Source of the DNA: a virus
DNA: 64,000 nucleotides
IMG/VR virus record: IMGVR_UViG_3300032287_004273
Coordinates: 1 to 64,000 of that record
Direction: 5' to 3' (one strand)
In this document: piece by piece, positions 58,848-64,000 of the stretch
How the letters are laid out: each line of letters begins with the position of its first letter
How positions within the stretch are numbered: position 1 is the stretch's first letter
The notes under the pieces: generated by a model
What the model saw: the letters and a program-made list of their open reading frames with translations, nothing else
Databases searched by the model: none
What the model was told of the DNA's origin: nothing
Made by a program: the position numbers and the translations under genes

Positions 58848-58999
58848 TGTTGCAAGTATGTTTGGATTTTTTCTTTTAGTTCAATGAGGAAGTTTTCTTC
58901 CACGTTCAATTCGTATGAGAGCTTATCTCTTAAGTCTGCATCCGTCAAGCAATGTTTGCAGATTTCGAGGGCTTTGGTGATGTCTTCTGGTGTGAGCAT
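58844..58999 (-). CDS. Small hypothetical protein (51 aa)
   Basis: Not in ORF track; fills the gap with an ATGA overlap. Confidence 0.5.
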   Translation of the reverse strand: MLTPEDITKALEICKHCLTDADLRDKLSYELNVEENFLIELKEKIQTYLQQ

Positions 59000-59003
59000 G
59001 ATA

Positions 59004-59330
59004 TTAGTCCCAACGTTGTTCAATAAAATCTTTGACCCTCATTTCCTGTAAGACAAGAAATTTAAATTTTTGTTTTAGTTTTGAAGTGAGTTCAATTAGA
59101 CCATCAGCATATATCTTCGCATCACACTTGTCAAGTTTAAAACGAAGATCATGACCGTCTTGACGAGAAAACAAAGAAAACGTATCTCGTATTGTTTCAA
59201 CATTATCATCGTAATGATAGACTTCTGATCCAAATTCGCTTTGAAGTACGAATGCCCAAGATTCACAAAGGATGTCTAACAGGTCTGATGGACTGATTGG
59301 TTTTGATTCTGCTTTCAATGGGTTGTTCAT
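59004..59330 (-). CDS. Hypothetical protein
   Basis: Leaderless: TTGCGC-N16-TAGAGT-N7-ATG. Confidence 0.7.
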   Translation of the reverse strand: MNNPLKAESKPISPSDLLDILCESWAFVLQSEFGSEVYHYDDNVETIRDTFSLFSRQDGHDLRFKLDKCDAKIYADGLIELTSKLKQKFKFLVLQEMRVKDFIEQRWD

Positions 59331-59466
59331 GTTTAGAACTCTATCATGGGTTTTGATTCGCGCAACATTTATTTATCAAAAAATTACGCACTTAGTGCGT
59401 AATAGTTCTTGACAGTCGAGCCAGGGGTAGCCCTGGCCCCAACCCTTTCAGGTTGAGGCGGTTATA

Positions 59467-59700
59467 CTACTCGACCTCCTCTTCTTCCTCTTCTTCCTCT
59501 TCGTCGAGCCCACCGAAGAGCGAGTCCCACTCTTCGGCGGTAATGCCCGACTTAATGAACTCCCGCTCGTCGGGAGTTAAGTTAGGGAACGCATCTTGCA
59601 GCAGAGCGCCTGCTGCATAGAGGTCGAGCTGCGTTTGCGTGATGGGAAGATCAAGCGTGTTGACTTCCCCCGATACCCACGATGTGCGTGTGATGTTCAT
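59467..59700 (-). CDS. Hypothetical phage protein with poly-Glu tail
   Basis: LLQDAFPNL..DEREFIKSGIT.EEW. Confidence 0.7.
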   Translation of the reverse strand: MNITRTSWVSGEVNTLDLPITQTQLDLYAAGALLQDAFPNLTPDEREFIKSGITAEEWDSLFGGLDEEEEEEEEEVE

Positions 59701-59707
59701 GTTTTTA

Positions 59708-59890
59708 TTATTTGTTGCTGATTTGACGGACAGAAGAAACTGGTGGCCATTCGGGCGATTCGCCGTTAAGAAGGGCGATTTGATATTCGCGCTCTTCGAT
59801 CATGCACTCGATTGCGGTTTGCAACTGGCGCAAAGAGTCGAGGTCGCTGAAGTTTTGCTTAATCAATTCGATCAATGGGTTCGTTCTCAT
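59708..59890 (-). CDS. Hypothetical protein, paralogue family B
   Basis: DSL...AIECMIEE shared with 61101..61343. Confidence 0.65.
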   Translation of the reverse strand: MRTNPLIELIKQNFSDLDSLRQLQTAIECMIEEREYQIALLNGESPEWPPVSSVRQISNK

Positions 59891-60031
59891 GGAAGAATCA
59901 TCTCACAATTCTGCTTTTGCACAACAAAAAAAGAGCAAAAAAATTTACGCTGCAAGCGTAATAGTTGTTGACAGCCAGCCCAGGGGTAGCCCTGGCCCCC
60001 AACCCATTCGGGTTGAGGGCTTTAGCTCTGT

Positions 60032-60292
60032 CTACTTGGCCAAGTCAAAGAATGGGCCACTGAACTGGATTTGCCGTTCGTGCGCAAGTGCTTGCGCCCG
60101 TTCACGTTCCTCCTGATCAGCCACCTGCTGATTGAGGATATGCGCCTCTTGCAACATTGCGCTGCACTCATGCGCAAGCATGAAAAGCAATGTGTGTTGC
60201 TCGCAAGTGAGCGCGAGTGGGTCGAGCCCCGCAATCATTTTGCGGGACTCGATGAGGACTGCGTTTTGCATAAGTTGAAGTGCGTCTTGCAT
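60032..60292 (-). CDS. Hypothetical protein, paralogue family A
   Basis: ATG at 60292; AVLI..R and RERAQALAHERQ shared with 62042..62296. Confidence 0.65.
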   Translation of the reverse strand: MQDALQLMQNAVLIESRKMIAGLDPLALTCEQHTLLFMLAHECSAMLQEAHILNQQVADQEERERAQALAHERQIQFSGPFFDLAK

Positions 60293-60300
60293 AGGATGTA

Positions 60301-60513
60301 TTATTCGCGTTCTTGGAGTTGTTTGATTCTGCCTGCAATATGTTCTTTGGCCTCTGGCACAAAAGTTGCCATACCTATCAAAAAACCTTCGAGGTGGCCA
60401 ACGATGCACGCATCGACAAGTTTCTCGCCATGCCTTTTCGCGATGTCCGCCTTGGTAGCGGCCATGAAGGTTTGCATAATCTGAACTGCGTCTGTGTAGT
60501 TGTTTCTTTCCAT
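60301..60513 (-). CDS. Hypothetical protein
   Basis: Leaderless: TGC-TATTGT-N6-ATG at 60513. Confidence 0.65.
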   Translation of the reverse strand: MERNNYTDAVQIMQTFMAATKADIAKRHGEKLVDACIVGHLEGFLIGMATFVPEAKEHIAGRIKQLQERE

Positions 60514-60676
60514 GCCCAAACAATAGCATAAAAAGAAAGGGCTACAATACTCTTTTTTCATGCCAAGCGTGAAAAAAAGTTCATAAAAATTTTCACTTAA
60601 TAGCGTAATAGTTCTTGACACCCAGCCCAGGGGTAGCCCTGGCTCCCAACCCTTTCGGGTTGAGGGGTTTACGGGT

Positions 60677-60934
60677 TTAGTTGTATGCCTTGAGCGGCCC
60701 TTGGCCCTCGCACTCAATGCGATGGCGCTCAGTCAAGCGCTCAACCGTTTCAATCGTGTGCCGCAAAGAGGCTTGGAACTTTGGGTCGCCTTCAAAATCA
60801 AACTGCAAGTCGCGCAATGCGTGCTCAAGCATCATGGCCTGAATCGTGGTGCGCGTCGAGAGCTTGTTGCGTGGGTTCACGCTAGAGTATGCGTGAATTT
60901 TGCTGATCAGATCAGAGACTTTGATGTTTTCCAT
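60677..60934 (-). CDS. Hypothetical protein
   Basis: Leaderless: TTGCGC-N16-TATTGT-N6-ATG. Confidence 0.65.
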   Translation of the reverse strand: MENIKVSDLISKIHAYSSVNPRNKLSTRTTIQAMMLEHALRDLQFDFEGDPKFQASLRHTIETVERLTERHRIECEGQGPLKAYN

Positions 60935-61100
60935 GCTCAGACAATAGCAGAAAACAAAATGTGCGCAACACTCTTTTTTCATGCCAAACTTCAAAAAAAG
61001 TTTACAAAAATTTTCACCCTATTTCATAATAGTTCTTGACGCCCAGTCCAGGGGTAGCCCTGGACCCCAACCCTTTCGGGTTGAGGTGTTTGCGCTTATG

Positions 61101-61343
61101 CTATTCTTCCATCATGCACTCGATGGCCGCTTTAATCTTTGCTAGTGAATCTGGGTCATTATATCCTTGACGGATTTGCTGAATGATTCCTTCGCATGAT
61201 TGCGTATTCTCGACGAACGTGCATAACTCCTTGAAGTCTGGGTCGCTTGGAAGCGACAGCGCCCAATTCAGACTCTGCTGAATTGCGCGAAGCGCGTTTA
61301 GATCCCTGTCTTCGTAAGTGTCGGTGGTAGGATAGTCGTACAT
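61101..61343 (-). CDS. Hypothetical protein, paralogue family B
   Basis: Ends DSLAKIKAAIECMMEE. Confidence 0.65.
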   Translation of the reverse strand: MYDYPTTDTYEDRDLNALRAIQQSLNWALSLPSDPDFKELCTFVENTQSCEGIIQQIRQGYNDPDSLAKIKAAIECMMEE

Positions 61344-61476
61344 AACTGAGAGAATCATATACAAGAAAGTGTGCGGTTCAACATAAAAATTTTGCTTTTG
61401 ATGCTTAATAGTTCTTGACAGCGAGTCCAGGGGTAGCCCTGGCGGCTTGTCAAGTATTTTCTTTTGTTTTTCTCAC

Positions 61477-61504
61477 AAAAAAAGCCGCCCGAAGGCGGCT
61501 TTTT
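61477..61504. terminator. Bidirectional terminator
   Basis: A-tract, GCCGCC-CGAA-GGCGGC, T-tract; identical hairpin at 62006-62021. Confidence 0.8.
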
Positions 61505-61519
61505 GTGCTTGACGCGATT

Positions 61520-61837
61520 TTAGAAATCGCCCCCTTCGCACTCGTTCATCGACTCCCAATGGGAGTCGAGGAAACTGTCCTCCCCACCGCCGTAGTCCTC
61601 ATCCGTCCCCCACCCAGCGGACGCGAGCGCATCCGCATCCGCCTCGCCATCCGTCATGCCGTCCCCTTCGTCTTCGCCCAGATCCTGCGTGCAATCGTCC
61701 CCCTCCGCCTCGATCTGCTCCGAAGGATCGTAGTACTCCCCAATCGAGGGGCAGCACCCGCAGCAAGGCGCGTCCTCGCAGGGGAACTGCGCGTGCGTGT
61801 TTTCGTCGTCTGAACCTGAATTAGATGATGTAACCAT
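61520..61837 (-). CDS. Extremely acidic Cys-cluster protein
   Basis: 105 aa, about 31 D/E, no K/R; CEDAPCCGCC and ALASAGWGTDEDYG motifs. Confidence 0.7.
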   Translation of the reverse strand: MVTSSNSGSDDENTHAQFPCEDAPCCGCCPSIGEYYDPSEQIEAEGDDCTQDLGEDEGDGMTDGEADADALASAGWGTDEDYGGGEDSFLDSHWESMNECEGGDF

Positions 61838-61996
61838 GCGCCAAACATAACACATAAAAGCAAAAGGTCAAAAACTATTTGCGTGCCAAGCCTGAATTTA
61901 AATTCATAAAAATTTCTCACAAATAGCATAATAGTTGTTGACGCCCGACCCAGGGGTAGCCCTGGATCTTGTCAAGAGTTTTTTTTATTTTAGTGC

Positions 61997-62025
61997 AAAA
62001 AAAAAGCCGCCCGAAGGCGGCTTTT
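61997..62025. terminator. Bidirectional terminator (second copy)
   Basis: A-tract, GCCGCC-CGAA-GGCGGC, T-tract. Confidence 0.8.
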
Positions 62026-62041
62026 ATGGCGGCTTTTATGC

Positions 62042-62296
62042 TTAGAGCGCCATTTGCCTTTCGTGCGCGAACGCTTGCGCCCATTCGCGAGCGTCCTCCT
62101 CCGCTTCCCCGAATTCGACGGAGGCGACATCCGCCTCCTGCGCGAAACGCGCCTCCTGCGCGTTCGCGCAGGCAAAGGACGCGATTTGATGGAGGAGCGC
62201 GATGTGCTCCTCCGTCAGGGATGCGCAATTGAGGTCGCGCACGCAGGCGCGAACGTGAATGAGAACCGCTGTGAGATTGGACGATGTATTAACCAT
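62042..62296 (-). CDS. Hypothetical protein, paralogue family A
   Basis: ATG at 62296, 6 nt after TACTGT. Confidence 0.65.
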   Translation of the reverse strand: MVNTSSNLTAVLIHVRACVRDLNCASLTEEHIALLHQIASFACANAQEARFAQEADVASVEFGEAEEDAREWAQAFAHERQMAL

Positions 62297-62427
62297 GCGG
62301 ATACAGTACAAAAAGAATGCTGCGATTGGAAGGATTATTTGCAAAAAATTTCTCACTCTATGCACAATAGTTGTTGACAGGGTGGCCAGGGGTAGCCCTG
62401 GGGGCTGTCAAGCTTTTTTTGCTTTTT

Positions 62428-62637
62428 TTATGCTTGCACAACTTGCATGTTCTGTGGGCGCATTGAGTACTCCTTAGAGTACTCCTCATTCGTGAGTATC
62501 AGCGCGAAGCTGATATCGAAGCGACCACTTGCAAACAACTCAGCGCGAACGCTTTTTGCTTCGTCGCGAGTCTCGCAACGGATAGTTTCATGCCCGAAGT
62601 TTCCCGCCTTGTTTAAGCTAACGTATAATGTGAACAT
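62428..62637 (-). CDS. Hypothetical protein
   Basis: Leaderless: TTGCAA-N17-TATAAT-N6-ATG. Confidence 0.7.
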   Translation of the reverse strand: MFTLYVSLNKAGNFGHETIRCETRDEAKSVRAELFASGRFDISFALILTNEEYSKEYSMRPQNMQVVQA

Positions 62638-62904
62638 GCGATGATTATAGGGTAACAAATGTGCGATTGCAAAAACTATTTTCGTGCCAAGTGTATTTTT
62701 AATTCTTAAAAAATTTCCTACAAATAGCTCAATAGTGCTTGACAGGGTGGCCAGGGGTCCCCCTGGAGTTTTTTGCCTAGTGAGTTTTTGCCGCCTCCTA
62801 GAGGTAGGCACTTCTTGCCTAGCGCCAGGGATCATGCACTTTCTGCATCATGCACTGGTCGCATGGCCATGCATGGGCCGCATCCCATGCATGGCGTGCA
62901 TGGC

Positions 62905-63012
62905 CTACTTCTTGCTCGTGAAGTATTCTGCGCATTCTGCAACCAGCGCAACGATGGTTATGAATGTCATGGGGAATAGGACTAATGCAGATGCTGCAAT
63001 GATGTCTTTCAT
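62905..63012 (-). CDS. Small membrane peptide (35 aa)
   Basis: MKDIIAASALVLFPMTFITIVALVAECAEYFTSKK; not in ORF track. Confidence 0.4.
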   Translation of the reverse strand: MKDIIAASALVLFPMTFITIVALVAECAEYFTSKK

Positions 63013-63015
63013 GGG

Positions 63016-63041
63016 GTGTGTGTGTGTGTGTGTGTGTGTGT
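63016..63041. repeat. (GT)13 microsatellite
   Basis: Directly visible. Confidence 0.95.
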
Positions 63042-63077
63042 AGGTTGGGGGGCTCGCGCCCCCCTTGTGATTCTTGC

Positions 63078-63329
63078 TTAGGCGTTTGCGTATTCTCTAA
63101 CTAACTTAAGACCATTCACTTCCAACGTGCGGATTTTGGCCGCACTAGTGAAGCTGCGCGTGCCCTTGGCCGTTGAGAGGATGTATTGCGTACCAGCACC
63201 GCACGCCTTGGACTCAACTAAGGTGCCTTCGAGCGTCTTGAATTGTCCGTTATCGTTTACGCGATCGTTTGACGATGCGTGGTAGGTGACTTTGATGTTC
63301 GATCCGTTTGCGATTGTCAGGTTTGCCAT
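63078..63329 (-). CDS. Hypothetical protein
   Basis: ATG at 63329 after a repeated promoter block. Confidence 0.65.
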   Translation of the reverse strand: MANLTIANGSNIKVTYHASSNDRVNDNGQFKTLEGTLVESKACGAGTQYILSTAKGTRSFTSAAKIRTLEVNGLKLVREYANA

Positions 63330-63382
63330 ATGTGAGAAGTATAGGGAATTGAGGTTGAGAAACAAGATTTATTTGTGTTTTT

Positions 63383-63595
63383 TTAGTCTTTTTTCAAGGA
63401 GTTGATCGTGTTTTCGACGTATCGCTTGACATCATTATCCCAATTGATCATCAACCCTAGCACTGAAGTTAAAAAGGCTTCGGTTGAGACTTGGATCAAT
63501 GCTTCGTCGCCATTCACGCGCTTGCACACGCTTTGTTTGTATGTTGCGACAAGGGTTTCGGCGATTTGCTGTGAGGCTTCGTAAGTTGTAATCAT
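63383..63595 (-). CDS. Hypothetical protein
   Basis: Leaderless: TATACT-N6-ATG. Confidence 0.65.
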   Translation of the reverse strand: MITTYEASQQIAETLVATYKQSVCKRVNGDEALIQVSTEAFLTSVLGLMINWDNDVKRYVENTINSLKKD

Positions 63596-63765
63596 GTGAG
63601 AAGTATAGGGAGTTGAGAGAGGGAAACAAGGTTTATTTGTGTTTTTATTTCACTTTTTTCTGCAAGCGCAAAGCACTAGGAGAGAGAGAGTTAGGATGCT
63701 CATCTGCAAGTAGGTGAATGAGAGAAGGTTAAAGAGGAGGGATCGAACCTCCTCAGGTTGAGCGC

Positions 63766-63981
63766 TTAGTGAATGTAATCATGAGCGGCTTCGCCGCATT
63801 CGTCTGAGGGAATACTTTCAAGCTCCTCAGGTGTGAGCGCAACGTATTCATCACCAACCTTTTTCAAGGCTTTAATGATGAAAGCATCACAAAAGTCTGG
63901 GTAGTCACACATATCAATTCCATCCATCTCAATGTCGAAGCATTCGACTGCTTCGCCGTTAACCGTTAATTTCATATCCAT
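63766..63981 (-). CDS. Acidic hypothetical phage protein
   Basis: IEMDGID..DYPDFCDAFI motif. Confidence 0.7.
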   Translation of the reverse strand: MDMKLTVNGEAVECFDIEMDGIDMCDYPDFCDAFIIKALKKVGDEYVALTPEELESIPSDECGEAAHDYIH

Positions 63982-64000
63982 GTGAGAAGACTAAGCGAAG

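Larger units (their letters stand above)
51893..62779. repeat. Array of 15 CCAGGG-N4-CCCTGG composite elements delimiting 14 gene cassettes, bounded by 29-bp inverted repeats
   Basis: 16-mers start at 51906, 53344, 54727, 55912, 56360, 57367, 58379, 59421, 59980, 60627, 61048, 61427, 61950, 62386, 62751; the last 14 are preceded by AATA-N4/5-TTGAC(A/G)-N5-8. Confidence 0.95.

Noticed and set aside
53333-62744. TTGACA in each element as a plus-strand sigma70 promoter
   Set aside because: Positions 16-18 nt downstream fall in GC-rich CCCTGG sequence with no -10 box, and it points away from the adjacent gene start
51906-62766. CRISPR or classical integron attC interpretation of the CCAGGG elements
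   Set aside because: Intervals are 365-1438 bp and contain whole promoter-bearing genes; no RYYYAAC/GTTRRRY attC ends and no integron integrase are seen
59639-63043. Numerous plus-strand and element-spanning ORFs in the GC-rich region
   Set aside because: They are antisense to genes with clear promoters, or run through the repeat elements; expected by chance at higher GC
63734-63754. T-arm-like hairpin (GGTTCGATCCC on the minus strand) as a tRNA
   Set aside because: No acceptor, D or anticodon arms around it; more likely a 3' hairpin of the 63766..63981 gene

Overview
This window looks like 64 kb of a large, AT-rich dsDNA tailed phage genome. The left part (1-17 kb) carries a lambda-type tail-tip module on the minus strand (L, K, two I paralogues, and J split into two very large ORFs), two glycosyltransferases and probable ssDNA-binding and annealing proteins. 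The middle part (17-51.9 kb) is almost all on the plus strand. It holds nucleotide-metabolism genes (guaC, dCMP deaminase, thyX), more glycosyltransferases, dispersed lysis-type genes, an ECF-type sigma factor, a MoxR-AAA/VWA pair, an acyl carrier protein, a RuvB-like ATPase and many small hypothetical genes. It also has a tRNA cluster containing two homologous, unassigned structured RNAs. The right part (51.9-64 kb) switches to the minus strand and is visibly richer in GC. There, 14 self-contained gene or tRNA cassettes are separated by 15 copies of a composite DNA element centred on CCAGGG-N4-CCCTGG. The whole ~10.9 kb array is closed by a 29-bp imperfect inverted repeat, which includes half of a second palindrome (TAGGCA-N5-TGCCTA) that also forms a 4-unit, ~71-bp-period array at 49.8-50.05 kb. 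This cassette array is the best candidate for an undescribed system; no recombinase gene is visible in the window. All protein calls are from motifs recognised by eye, and no database search was run.
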